43,834 nt of DNA from assembly GCF_001194135.2 (NCBI RefSeq), contig NC_069008.1, forward strand, positions 12,212,133 to 12,255,966, given 5' to 3'. The notes beneath the pieces were generated by a model. The model worked only from the letters and a program-made list of their open reading frames with translations, ran no database searches and had not been told where the DNA came from. The stretch comes from Octopus bimaculoides (lineage: Eukaryota). Shown piece by piece: positions 1 to 11,534 of the stretch (position 1 is its first letter; each line of letters opens with the position of its first letter). Both the position numbers and the translations under genes were made by a program.

Positions 1-36
1 GTTCAGTATAAAAAAACCTTTATCGGTAAAACCATT

Positions 37-544
37 TATAATCATAAATATACAGGGATTAGCATGAGTTGCTTCTCCAACATACTGAAAATTTAGAAAT
101 AGCAGTCAAAGAACTACTGATTCCAAACTACAAATTTTTTCTCTAACGGATGGCGATATTTATGGCACACACAGAACAAAAAACAGAAGAGAAAAGCAAA
201 AACAAACCTGCCTTATGTTAATTGGGTACGACGTTTCACGGTTAAGAGTATGAAGTTACTCTATTCCGATCTTCAGCCACAATATTCGAATAAATTTGAA
301 AGTGTCTAATAAAAACTCATGTGAATTTTGACCATACGACATCAAAACCACGTGAGGAAGGCACTTATGAAATTTATCTGCTAGTCAGTTCAAACATTTC
401 ACTGTTCTGTGTGTGCCATAAATATCGCCATCCGTTAGAGAAAAAATTTGTAGTTTGGAATCAGTAGTTCTTTGACTGCTATTTCTAAATTCTCAGTATG
501 TTGGAGAAGCAACTCATGCTAATCCCTGTATATTTATGATTATA
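37..544. repeat. Long inverted repeat: 142-bp arms (37-178 and 403-544) around a 224-bp spacer
   Basis: The reverse complement of 403-544 matches 37-178 except for one substitution (actgaaa vs actgaga). The right arm runs into (TA)n. Confidence 0.95.
221..283 (-). ncRNA. Type I hammerhead ribozyme motif (predicted)
   Basis: Minus strand reads attgtgg-CTGAAGA-t cgg aat agagta acttca tactct taa ccg t-GAAA-c gtc GTA-cccaat. Core CUGANGA at 276-270 and GAAA at 237-234. Stem II: cgg/ccg plus agagta/tactct. Short stem III. GUA cleavage triplet at 229-227. Stem I: attg(t)gg/cccaat. Confidence 0.7.
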
Positions 545-556
545 TATATATATATA

Positions 557-1065
557 TTGCTCTGACAGTATAGTTGTTAGAATCAAAACATGCTGGGCCA
601 AGTTCAGAGAGCTTTTACCTTTGTTGGTAAAAAAAAAGGGCCTCTCCCTCATAGTGAAAGACAGACTGTATGATGCCTGCATACAGACAATATACATGAC
701 AGTGAAACATGGGCTGTGACTAAAGAGGACATGCAAAGGCTTGAGAGAAATGAAGCCAGCATGCTGCACTGGATCTGCAATGTCAGTGTGCATATGCAAC
801 AAAATGTAGATGTTTTGAGAGAAAAATTGGTTATAGTGTGCAAGAGAGAAGACTGCACTGGTCTGGTCATGTGATACATATAGTTGAGAACAGCTGCATA
901 AAGAAGTGCTGATTTCTAAATGTGGAGGGAGCCTGTGGAAGAAGAAGACATAGGATGAAGTGGTGAGAAATGATCTTCAGATGTTGAACCTCACAGAGGA
1001 AGATGACAAAGGGCTGAGAGACAACTGGTGATTGGCTGTACTCGTGAAGATCTGCCCAGCTAAGT
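557..1065 (+). mobile_element. RTE-clade LINE 3' fragment (degenerate ORF C-terminus)
   Basis: Translates across frameshifts as WAKFRELLPLL..KGLSL.VK.RLYDAC..SETWAVT.EDM.RLERNEASML.W.CNVSV..ERRL.W.GHV. A second copy lies at ~39430-39945. Confidence 0.85.
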
Positions 1066-1204
1066 GAATTCTATGTCCATAAACCTCATCCCCCTACTCC
1101 CCACAACCTACCCATACTGCTGCTGTTTTCTCCTCCTCTCCATTCTCCCTCACATATGTACCTACCTTCATGTATACAATATACCTGTTAAATCCCTTCC
1201 CCAC

Positions 1205-1385
1205 ATCATCATCATTTAATGTCTGTTTTCCCTGATGGCTTGGGTTGGACAGTTTGACTGGAGTGGGTAAGGCCAGGGGCTGCACCAGGCTTCATTGTTA
1301 GCTCTGACATGGTTTTTATGGCTGGATGCCCTCCACATTACAGAGTGTACTGGGTGCTTTTTATATGATACCAGCACCAGTATAA
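1205..1385 (-). mobile_element. Repeat family D (RTE-like 3' tail with (GAT)n end)
   Basis: Carries ggaagggcatccagc and ...aacccaagccatcagggaaaacagacattaaatgatgatgat on the minus strand. Homologs at ~1790-1870(+), 3425-3562(+), 6830-6990(+), 12355-12475(+), 12485-12826(-), 22975-23110(-), 25286-25470(-). Confidence 0.75.
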
Positions 1386-1389
1386 ATCT

Positions 1390-1780
1390 CTGCTGTGGCT
1401 CACAGATTTTCTTGTGAACAGCAATGTACCAGATATCTCATTCCTTAGTCATCTCCTTCATATGACTTGGTGTCTTGAGACTGGCCTTCAAAACTTCGTC
1501 CCATGTCTTCCTGGGTCACATATCCTCCTAATTATCCCTTCCCTCTACATGTGCTTACTCATTACATCACTCAAGCTCTAGTTCCCAATCCTTCTGAAAT
1601 CTTGTGAATTCACCCTCACCAATCTGTAGTCCACTTCCCTATATACATCCCCTTGTAACTTGGGTATATGGCCCCTGCCCTCTCCGTCACGTCTTCACCA
1701 TATTCCCTCACCCCCCATCTGCAGAAGCCAGTTTCCCCTTCTAATGCTAGACACCTTTTCTGTCCTTTAATACTATTCCC
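1390..1780 (-). mobile_element. RTE-like LINE 3' fragment
   Basis: Minus-strand translation includes PRKTWDEVLKASLKT..HMKEMTKE*DIWYIAV, the same C-terminal motif seen in the RTE copies at 557-1065 and 39430-39945. Confidence 0.6.
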
Positions 1781-3008
1781 CACAGTTGAGGGGTCTTGGT
1801 GACCTTGCTGCTGCTAGTGCCATGTAAAGAGCACCCAGTACACTCTGTAGAGTGGTTGGTATTAGGAAGGGTGAAAATATCAATACACATATGCACACGT
1901 GCGTTTTGTAATAGGTATAGGGATGTGAGAAAAGATTTTCATGTATGTATAAATAACTTAAGTATAAATATTCTTTTAAGTGTATATTTATGAAACGCTT
2001 AATTATATGGATGGATTGCAAATTGAAATAAAATGCAGTCATGTGAAAGAAAATTTGTATAGCAAATGTATTCAGTGCATCTTCTCAACCTACGACTGAG
2101 TTTTGTTCTGAGTGACTGGTAATATGTCGGATTTATATTTTTCAACACTATTTTCATTCATGCAACTGATGCTTGAAAGCGACTGAGTGAGAGACAGTGG
2201 CAGGCAGTGGATGCTTAAATCTGAGGGAGCTCTGCGTTGCCAGATGCTGCCATAGTTATCGTACACACAGCTGCCTAATGTCTGAAAATTGATTTTTTAA
2301 AATTATTACTTCCACCTTAGCGAAGGTGGAGGTATTGTTTTCAGTTGTGTTTGTTTGTTTGTCTGTGGACAAGATATCTCAAGAACCGCTGGATGGATTT
2401 CGGATGAAGCTTTCAGGAATGTCTGACCTCGTGGCTGGCACAAACTAATCAGATTTTGGGATTAATCTGGTACTGGACAAGGATTTTGGATTATTGTTGT
2501 GGTTTTTTTACTTAATTTTTGAGAGCAGTTGGGTTAATTTTTAGTATTCTTGTTTGTGAGAGCAGTTGAGTTTATTTCAGATATTCTCATTTTAAAAATC
2601 ATATCTGGCTAATCATTGAGAGGATGTTGGTGTTGCCTTGGTGGAGGTTTGCACTCTCTGAGTGCTCGTTTTTATTTATTTATATTTTTGGCTGTAAGTG
2701 CAGATGACCATAAGTCAAGAAGGTGTACTTAGTTTAGTGATCAATTTGTGCGCATGTTATCAATGTTTTGTGTGTATGTACACAATACTTGCACGTAATT
2801 GTGAATATAAATATATACATTGTTTCTCAAGTATTATATTTCGTTTTGGGGATTGTGTGTGTTCATATAGAAGTGTATGTATATATAGCTATGAATGCAT
2901 TTATATGAATTTTCATTATGTTTTATCATTCCTTTTGCATATGTATGGATCTATTTCGTTTGGTTGCATTTCAAAAATATATAACTTCAAAGTTATCTCA
3001 AATAACAA

Positions 3009-3410
3009 AATATATCTGTGAATAGTTAAGTGACTTGTCTTAGTGAAGGATTTACTACAGATATCACAGAGATATGGCTTTTCTCCCGTATGAATACTTT
3101 TGTGAGTAGTTAAATGACCTGTTTGAGAGAACGAGATGCCACAGATATCACAATGATATGGCCTATCTCTGGTATGAATATGTACGTATTTAGCTAAGTA
3201 ACGTGTGGCAGCAAACGGTTTACCACAGATATCATAGCGATGGGGCCGCTCTCCAGTATGAATACATGTGTTGTGTATAGTTAATTGACTTGTCTGAGAG
3301 AAGAATTTACCTGTATGAATGTACTTATGAGTAGTTAGGTCACTTCTCCGAGAGAATGATATTCCATAGATATCACAGTGATACTGTGTCTTTCCTGTAT
3401 GTATGTATCT
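3009..3410 (-). pseudogene. Detached duplicate of fingers 10-14 of ZNF gene 1
   Basis: Near-identical to 4745-5176, with a 30-bp in-frame deletion (cacagatattacagtaacatgacttctctc) and Cys-to-Tyr changes. No upstream leader or start of its own. Confidence 0.9.
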
Positions 3411-4360
3411 CATATAGATATAGAAACGTCAACTGTGGAGTGGTTGATATAGAAACCATGCCAGAACAGACAATAGGTACTGGTCAGGCCCCTGGGCTTA
3501 CCATCTCCGGTCAAATTATCCAACACATGCCAGCATGGAAAATGGATGTAAAATGATGATGACATCTAAAGCCAAAATAAGAATAATTCCTGTGATGGAG
3601 CATATAAAACAGAATATAAATAAGGCATCATAAATTGTATATAAGGTAGCATACACATATTATATTACGTTATAATAGAATATGCTTTCTATATTTATTT
3701 GTAACAATGACTGCATAGTGTTATCTCTGATTTATTATAATACAATTCTGTTATTTACTCCAAATACATTGATAGTATCTTTTGTTTGTTGTATCCAGGG
3801 AGAGTGATTGTGCTAATATCATTAACACCTGCACTGGTTCAATTCCACTCCTTTAGTATATTGACATAGTGACTCTCCCTAGACCTCAACAACATTTGTT
3901 TCAACACACGAATTCACATAAAGGAGCTGGCAAATGAGATACAAAAACGAAGTATCACTTCTACCTTCTGGAATATATATGCTTTCTGAACAAATGTTTT
4001 TATTTAGAATATTACTGATTCAGTGTGTCATAAATGCAGATATAGTTGTGGTTGGGAGGTTGTTATCATGCAGAGTTATATCTTCTTTTCTATGTGAATA
4101 TATTTACAGTTAAATACCATATTTTTATCGAACGAGTTGATACTGTTGAATTTTGTTTTCCATACACATATATACAAGTTTAGTAAGATGAGATTTCAAG
4201 ACAATAATTTATTGCATATATCACATTAGGTTTTCTCTTCTGTATGAATACATTTATGACAAAAAAGGTCTGATATCAAGCATCATTTAAGACAGATACC
4301 ATAGCAATATGGTTTCTCTACCATACAAAAATGTCAGTGGTTAGTTAACTTACTACAAAA

Positions 4361-6004
4361 TTATTCACTAGTTATTGATGTGATATGGCTTTTATTGTCT
4401 CCTGAACAAATTCCTCTATGCTTAGATAAAAGTCTTCTTTCAGAGAAGGACTTACCACAGATATCACAGTTATATGGTTTCTCACCTGTGTGAATACGAC
4501 TGTGTTTGTTTATATCACTACTTGTGAAGAATGATTTACCACAGATATTACAGTTATATGGCTTTTCTCCTGTATGAAAACGGTTGTGAATAGTTAAGCT
4601 ACTTCTTGCAGAAAATGACTTACCACAAATATCGCAGTGATATGGCTTCTCTCCTGTATGAATGTGTTTGTGTTTAGTCACATCACTACTTTGAGAGAAT
4701 GATTTACCACAGATGCCACAGTGATATGGTTTCTCTCCAGTATGAATATATCTGTGAATAGTTAAGTGACTTGTCTGAGTGAAGGATTTATCACAGATAT
4801 CACAGCGATATGGCTTTTCTCCCGTATGAATACGTTTGTGAGTAGTTAAATGACCTGTTTGAGAAAACGAGATGCCACAGATATCACAATGATATGGCCT
4901 TTCTCCAGTATGAATACGAATATGTTTAGTTAAGTAACGTGCAGCAGCAAATGATTTACCACAGATATCACAGCGATGGGGCCGCTCTCCAGTATGAATA
5001 CATGTGTTGTGTATAGTTAATTGACTTGTCTGAGAGAAGGATTTACCACAGATATTACAGTAACATGACTTCTCTCCTGTATGAATGTACTTATGAGTAG
5101 TTAGGTCACTTCTCCGAGAGAATGATATTCCGCAGATATCACAGTGATACTGTGTCTTTCCTGTATGTATGTATCTATGTACTGTTAAATTACTTCTTGC
5201 TGAGAATGATTTACCACAGATATCACAGTGATATGGTTTCTCTCCTGTGTGAACATGTTTATGTACAGCTAAGAGGTAATTTTGAGAGAATGATTTACCA
5301 CAGATATCACAGTGATGTGGTTTCTCTCCTGTGTGAATATGTTTATGTACAACTAAGTGATCATTTCGAGAGAATGATTTACCACAGATATCACAGTTAT
5401 ATGGTTTCTCTCCTGTATGAATATGCTTGTGTTTATTTAAGACACTTCCTTCAATGAATGATTTACCACAGATATCACACTGGTATGGTTTCTCTCCTGT
5501 ATGAATGCGTTTGTGAGTAGTCAAGTGAACTCTTTGAAAGAATGATTTACTACAGACATCACAGTGATATGGTTTCTCTCCTGTATGAATGCGTTTGTGT
5601 TTAGCTAAGTTACCCCCTTCAGAGAACGACTTACTACAGACATCACAGTGATATGGCTTCTCTCCTGTATGAATGTATTTGTGCTTTTTCATTTTACTTC
5701 CTTGAGAGAATGTTTTACCACAAATATCACAGTGAAATGGTTTTTCTCCTGTATGAGTACGTTTATGAATAGTTAGACTGTGTCTTACAGAGAAAGATTT
5801 ACTACAGATATTACAATGATATGGTTTTTCTCCCGTATGACTTCGTTTGTGAGTAACAAGTCTACCTTTCCGAGAGAACGATTTTTCACACATATCACAG
5901 TCATATGATGTTTTACCTTTTTCTTCTTTTTCATCGTCAGAAAAATCAACCCATGTTGACTGTGTTTTAAATTCAGTCTCATTTTCATATAATTCAATTT
6001 CCAT
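4361..6004 (-). CDS. Tandem C2H2 zinc-finger protein (ZNF gene 1), 547 aa, 17 complete fingers plus a degenerate 18th
   Basis: Uninterrupted ORF of CxxC..HxxxH-TGEKP repeats after a ~30-aa acidic leader ([12 protein letters not shown]..). No KRAB/BTB/SCAN/ZAD-like domain visible. Confidence 0.95.
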   Translation of the reverse strand: MEIELYENETEFKTQSTWVDFSDDEKEEKGKTSYDCDMCEKSFSRKGRLVTHKRSHTGEKPYHCNICSKSFSVRHSLTIHKRTHTGEKPFHCDICGKTFSQGSKMKKHKYIHTGEKPYHCDVCSKSFSEGGNLAKHKRIHTGEKPYHCDVCSKSFFQRVHLTTHKRIHTGEKPYQCDICGKSFIEGSVLNKHKHIHTGEKPYNCDICGKSFSRNDHLVVHKHIHTGEKPHHCDICGKSFSQNYLLAVHKHVHTGEKPYHCDICGKSFSARSNLTVHRYIHTGKTQYHCDICGISFSRRSDLTTHKYIHTGEKSCYCNICGKSFSQTSQLTIHNTCIHTGERPHRCDICGKSFAAARYLTKHIRIHTGERPYHCDICGISFSQTGHLTTHKRIHTGEKPYRCDICDKSFTQTSHLTIHRYIHTGEKPYHCGICGKSFSQSSDVTKHKHIHTGEKPYHCDICGKSFSARSSLTIHNRFHTGEKPYNCNICGKSFFTSSDINKHSRIHTGEKPYNCDICGKSFSERRLLSKHRGICSGDNKSHITSITSE

Positions 6005-6260
6005 AGTTTTACTTTCTCACCAAAATATACAGATGTTTTTCTTTTGGTTCATATATTTTATTTCTAATGTGTCTATTGCTATATTGTTATCTTCTTGAAT
6101 ATCTGAAGATGTTGCCATCTAATTAAAATTACAAAAAACACCATCCTGTAAAGACTGCAGAAGTAATTCAATCGTATAAACTGGGTCCTATATGTTCTCT
6201 GTAAGTCTTCAAAAGATCTTAATGGTGTTCATGCATATGGTTTTTATGCCAATGTCATCT
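6005..6260 (-). other. Splice acceptor and 5' untranslated part of the coding exon of ZNF gene 1
   Basis: Minus strand ttctctttctttgttgtttcAG|atgacattggc (AG at 6260-6259). The leader is homologous to 21456-21814 and 37961-38320. Confidence 0.7.
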
Positions 6261-6479
6261 GAAACAACAAAGAAAGAGAACAAAATGTAGAGGATACTTA
6301 AAAATATAACAGATTCAATAGTGCAAATTTTACTGCATTTCTAAATTAATAAACTGTAGATAAATCCATTTATTCAGATTTTACTTTTTCGAGACTTCTG
6401 GCAATTTGCTGTGTTTGAGAACACGTCAAACTAACTGAAATGGTAGCTGTGACTAGTGCTGGTGATACGTGAAAGGCGC

Positions 6480-6830
6480 CTATGTCAGTGACATGTAAAA
6501 AGTGCTGCAGACATGTACAAGGCACCTATGCTGGTGACATGCACAAGGCACCCATGCTAGTGGAAAATACAAGGCACCCATGCTGGTGACACATAAAAGG
6601 CACCCATGCTGGTAGCATGTACAAGGCACCTGTGCTGGTGACACATACAAGGCACCCATGTTGATGGCACGCACAAGGCACCTGTGCTGGTGGAACGTAC
6701 AAGGCACCCATGCTGGTGGCATGTACAAGGCACTTGTGCTGGTGGCACATAAAAGGCACCCTTGTTAGTGATACGTACAAGGCGCCCATGCTGATGGCAC
6801 GTATAAGGGGCATGCTGGCAACATGTAAAA
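6480..6830 (+). repeat. Minisatellite, ~27-bp unit (acatgtacaaggcacccatgctggtgg), about 12 copies, attached to a family D repeat
   Basis: Direct tandem units visible from 6511 to ~6810, running into the ggaagggcatccagctgtagaaacc body of family D. Confidence 0.85.
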
Positions 6831-7799
6831 GACCCCAGTACATTGTGGAGTGGTTGGCAGTAGGAAGGGCATCCAGCTGTAGAAACCAAGCTGAAATAGA
6901 CATGGAGCGTGATGTAGCTCTCCAGCTTATCAGTTCCAGTCAAACTATCTAATGGACACCAGCATGGAAAAATGGACACTAAATGATGGATTTATCATAA
7001 ATTATGCAATATACCATATTTGTAAACTACAACTAACTCTTCTGCTAATGTCACGTTAAATATGTATTGATTATCTTTTAATTGTTCCAGTCATTGGACT
7101 TGTGTCTTTTCTGGGGCAGAGTCTAGAAGGGTGTTAAGCAGATTAACCCCACCCTCAATACTCATTTTCATCAGTCTCTTTTGCTGAACTGCTAAGTTAC
7201 AGGGACATAAATAAACCAATAGCAATTGTGAAGCATTGAGGGCGTGGACACAAACACATTGATGTGTGTGTGTGTGTGTAGGGTATTTGGGCTAATATGT
7301 TTGGTGTAGTTAGTTAAAGCTGTCATAATTGAATGAACATAAATGTATTGTCACATGGCAAAGAATGGATGTAGCTAGCAAGAATTTACAAAAGTTTCTA
7401 AAACTTGATCACGTGATCGTCACTGACCAATCAAAATGTATCCAAAACAGATACTGATTTGAGCTGTGTTGTCTCTATAAAAACAAGACAATTCTTGAAT
7501 TCCAGTCAGAAGCAAGGCAGCTGCAGTACAGTACCATGTCTTTCTATCTTAACTTTTGAAAGTCAGAGAAATCTTTGAAACCAGTTAAGTCTTGAAAAAT
7601 TAAAAAATAAAATATCTAAAAGAACCTCTGTGCATTTTCAACTTCTTATATATATATATATTGTTTAACTGACAAATTAAACAAATGATCAATTAGTTAG
7701 TTGGTCAGATATTTAACTAACTGACTAACAATAAAGAAGTGATTTTGAACCAGTATGTATTTGTTATTTGTGTTATGACCCTCCCAAAGCACAACACAC

Positions 7800-7996
7800 T
7801 ATATTCTTTCACTTCTTTCAGTCATTTGACTGCGGTCATGCTGGAACACTGCCTCAAGGGATTTTAGTCAAACAAATCAATCCCAGGACTTATTCTTTTT
7901 TAAAGTTTAGTACTTATTTTATCGGTTTGCTGAACCACTAAGTTATGGAGACATAAACACACCAACACCAGTTGTCAAGTGGTGATGGTAGGACAG

Positions 7997-8077
<81 letters not shown>

Positions 8078-8450
8078 CAAAAGTAAATGAGTATATGCAT
8101 ATATACGTACAGGTATGTGCATACCGACATCCACCTGTATGTATAGGTGCATATCTGGGTACAGGACATTGCAAACAAACGTAGACGAGAACACACGAGC
8201 CACATAGAGAACATTCTACTTCTTCAGCTACCCACGTTTTAACACCGGCGTTTCGACGAGCTTGATGCATCACACACCGGCTCATGTATATATATATATA
8301 TATATACATGAGCCGGTGTGTGATGCATCCACATTATCTACCAAATTCACTCATAAGGCATTGGTCGGCCTAGAACTACAGTAGGAGACACATGCCTAAG
8401 GTGCCAAGCAAGGGGACTGAAGTTAAAACCACGTAGTTTTGAATCAATCC
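7800..8450 (-). mobile_element. tRNA-derived SINE family B copy with expanded (CA)n(TA)n and an internal insertion
   Basis: Homologous along its length to 17020-17422 (cagtcatttgactgcgg..ctaagttacggggac..accaaat.cactca.aaggc.ttggtcggcc). Extra sequence at ~8073-8330. Confidence 0.8.
8264..8329. repeat. Perfect 66-bp palindrome centred on (TA)10
   Basis: gatgcatcacacaccggctcatg-(ta)10-catgagccggtgtgtgatgcatc. Confidence 0.95.
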
Positions 8451-8764
8451 TTACTGAATAAGTCTATAATGAAATGTGTACAAACTATCACCTTCCCAAT
8501 TTATTTTTAAGATGGAAGGATATAGTTTGAGGCAAACCTGACAGCTATTTATAGTAGGTTGAACAACAATGTAGAGGCTTTTTTTCTTTTTCTAGCACCA
8601 AAACTCTCACCGAGAAAAACCTAAGAGAGGGGCATAGCATGAATTACGGCTCTCTTCTTTCTTAAATACAATACAAAAAAATTGTGATGCCTGTTATTAT
8701 GCGTGTGTGTGAGCTCAACAATTTTCTTTTTCATATTAAATAACTATATAATCGTAATTTGTAC

Positions 8765-9010
8765 ACTCTGAAAGCTGTTTGTAGAAAATTTCATGAAAAA
8801 AAAAAAAAAAGCCCTTCCATTTTCCCAAAAGCTATGAAGAAACAAAGACGTCTAGTGTGAATTTTCCGAAACTCTTCACATCACCCTCGGAAAATATCCT
8901 TTTCAACACAGATTCCGATATAATCGAGATATACAATATTTGAAGCGTATTTGTAGAAAATGTCATTGGAAAACATCCATTTTTCTGAAAGTTATGAAAA
9001 AATGAAAGTC
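8765..9010 (+). repeat. Unclassified interspersed repeat; inverted homolog at ~42735-42990
   Basis: Shares tttgtagaaa.tttca.gaaaaaa and tttttctgaaagttatga, about 210 bp apart, with the reverse complement of 42735-42950. Confidence 0.5.
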
Positions 9011-9444
9011 GTTTGTGAGGATAGGGGCCACACCCATGTGGAAGTATGCCCAATCATGAATATGACGTTTATAAAAACCATATATTAGTGTTCAATACGT
9101 ATTATATGTTAGCTGTTTATAGTATACATACCAGTGTTCATTGTGAAATATCTTTAGTTTTAAAAGTCTACTTTGAGTAAAGATACGACTTTGAATAGAG
9201 CGGAAATTTAAACAAAAGAGTATCGCAAATATATTTGTTTTTTTCTAAATACAATAAAACACATGATACATAATATGACATTCGATTTCGAATTCTTTCG
9301 TGGCTAGAGTGTTTTTCAGAATATTTTTAAAACTAACTGATAGAAACTATACTAAAAATAACAGTCTCATCTTGAAGATTTATAATAAAAAAAACCAACA
9401 TAGCACACATATAAAAGAAACTACAACACTATAGGATGTGCGTA

Positions 9445-9650
9445 GTGATTGAGAAATGTTTTATAAATGATATGGATATAATTGTGTGGCAGATGAGACG
9501 TTTTATAAAAGATATCTTATAACTGTGTGCGTTAGTTGAGAAATATTTTATAACGGATATCGTTATAACTGTTCGTTAAGGAACGTTTTATAAAGGATGT
9601 TATAAATACGTACGCGATAGTTGAAGAACCTTTTATAAAGGACATTGCAA
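9445..9650 (+). repeat. Degenerate ~42-bp tandem repeat (about 5 units) with TTTTATAA core
   Basis: gagaaatgttttataaatgatat / gagacgttttataaaagatatc / gagaaatattttataacggatatc / ggaacgttttataaaggatg / gaagaaccttttataaaggac. Confidence 0.7.
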
Positions 9651-9773
9651 TAACTAAGGAATAATAAATCAAAAACTGTGTTTATCTGATACCACGACGG
9701 AACCGGAAATACGCCTATTACATCTGCAGCTCTATAAAGTTTAGGAGAAGTAACTCTCATTAGATCCCCTTAC

Positions 9774-9919
9774 CTGGCTAACCAGAACCTTTATTCTAAC
9801 TACATAGCTTCAAGTTTTCAAACAAAAATATGACATCGATTTTCCAGAACCTTTGGATCCAAGCTTTTCCAGATTACGGATTTTTCCGAACCAGGGATGG
9901 TCATATTGGTGAAGACATT
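9774..9919 (-). other. Candidate non-coding 5'UTR exon of ZNF gene 1
   Basis: Minus-strand acceptor ttttcatatttgcttaatttAG| (9921-9920) and strong donor gccag|GTAAGG (9773). Non-repetitive sequence in between. Confidence 0.4.
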
Positions 9920-9960
9920 CTAAATTAAGCAAATATGAAAAATTTTACTTAAATAATTAA

Positions 9961-10150
9961 GGCGGAGGGCTTGGCAGAATCGTTAGCACGCCGAGCGAAA
10001 CGCTTAGCGGCATTTTGTCTGTCTTCACGTTCTGAGTTGAAATTCCGCCGAGGTTGACTTTGCTTTTCATCCTTTCGGAGTCGATAAAATAAATATCAGT
10101 GAAACACTGGGATCGATGTAATCGATTTTCTCCTACCCCCGAATTTCAGG
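9961..10150 (+). mobile_element. tRNA-derived SINE family A
   Basis: Head ggcggag..tggcagaatcgttagcacgcc..ttctgagttgaaattccgccg (A/B-box-like), body ctttgc.tttcatcctttcgg.gtcgataaa. Other copies at 11535-11964 (two), 23570-23780, 25915-26120 and degenerate 40265-40400. Confidence 0.85.
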
Positions 10151-11534
10151 CATTGTGCCATACTAGAATGGATTATTATTATTATTATTAACTGCGAAAT
10201 CATTATCACGCCAGGCGAAATGCTTAACAGCATTTCGTCCTTAATTATTGGATAAAATAAGCACCAATTGTAAAATTTGAAACCATTATTATTATTATTA
10301 TTATTTCATATATGCGCAACACATTAGAGTGCCGAAAAATTCCTACAAGTAACCTTAGAGTCCAAATCTTCCTCCTGGCTGTCCCTAATAAAACTGTTTT
10401 CTGGAGTGGCCTAAAACCTAGTTTAGTGATACTCCATCTCCATCCATCTGCTTAAATCTTTAAGAATAATTTCTAATCAACTGATTTTAAAAAAACCCCG
10501 AAAAAGAGTGGAAATTGCGTGTATGCATATGTGTGTGCGCGTGCAATAATAAGATATTTCTGTGTTATCGTCAACAGTGTAATGATTTGGTATTGAGGTG
10601 ATGATGATCGGGTGAACATGAATTCTGTTGAAATTTCAAATGAAAAATATTTATTTTTTTACCGTTGAAAAAAACATGGAACAATAGCGCAGGTATTCAC
10701 ATAACAATAATTAGAGGTTGAGTTTAGCAGTATGACAATATAATTGATTGGAATGATTTGGTTGATTCCAGGAGTTTGCTGATCCAGCTGTGGCGCTACC
10801 ATCGCTGTTGTTGTTTACAGTCTTGACTGCTATGGTAACTGCTCTCTGGCTCTCCTCTGTTTAGAGGTTGAAATGTACAAAACATATTGCTGGTGTTCGT
10901 GTTGTGGCTGTGTGGTAAGTAGTTGTTTTTAGATGCTTTACAACTACCAAATAGTCTTCACGCACAAATGCATGCACACACACACATACAGACGTAAACC
11001 TGTATGTACACAATGGACGTCCATACCATTTCTGCGACCATATTCATTCGCAAGGTACTGATTGGCTTGGGGTTATAGTAGAAGACAATTGCGCAAATGT
11101 GTCGTGCAGTAGGATTAAGCCAGAAACCAGGTGGTTGCAAAAGTGAGCTTCTTAACTTCAGACCCCTATATCTGTACGAGTATGTGTGTGCACATATGAA
11201 CCGTTGGTTTCACTTTCTGTACCTTGTAAACGCCCACCTTCTCTCATCCGTATCTGCTCAATACCCTCTCATCTTTCTACAGTTCCTTCCCTATTTATGC
11301 TACCTACCACTCATGAACTAATACAAAGAGTAAATCTGATGTTCAACCACCATCTCCACTACCATCTGCATCTCTGCAGTTCTTTCCTCCTGCCATCGCA
11401 TTACTTTAGCAACAGGAGATCAATGTGTTAATATCCAATGAACCCTTGTCTTTTACACCTGCGCTGTTCTGTTGACACTCCTTGTTCTTCAAGTCACTTC
11501 CCAATTAATAGCCATCATTCTTCTACCAGTTACT

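Noticed and set aside
330-402. Minus-strand VKCLN*LADKFHKCLPH, reminiscent of a PLE GIY-YIG C-terminus just upstream of the hammerhead
   Set aside because: Too short and interrupted to support on its own; kept only as a hint.
37-544. Interpretation as an ordinary Tc1/mariner MITE with TA target
   Set aside because: The ends are tata-flanked, but the arms lack a mariner-like TIR start and the spacer holds a hammerhead core. Not excluded, but less favoured.
5122-5457. Repetitive antisense ORF ([14 protein letters not shown]..) and similar 3356-3556
   Set aside because: Antisense shadow of the 84-bp zinc-finger repeat.
6480-6979. Cys/His-rich repetitive ORFs and a CRISPR-like appearance
   Set aside because: A 27-bp minisatellite with no unique spacers, open in several frames, in eukaryotic DNA with no cas genes.
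7405-7435. tgatcacgtgatc palindrome plus CCAATC as the gene 1 promoter
   Set aside because: No convincing downstream donor on the minus strand; short motifs alone are insufficient.
7938-8309. YIYIYI/HTHT/CVCV ORFs (also 11938-12204, 20388-21124, 42767-43336)
   Set aside because: Translations of (TA)n/(CA)n microsatellites and low-complexity DNA.
9768-9780. cttacctggc resembling the U1 snRNA 5' end
   Set aside because: The match stops after about 10 nt; it is the reverse complement of a splice donor.
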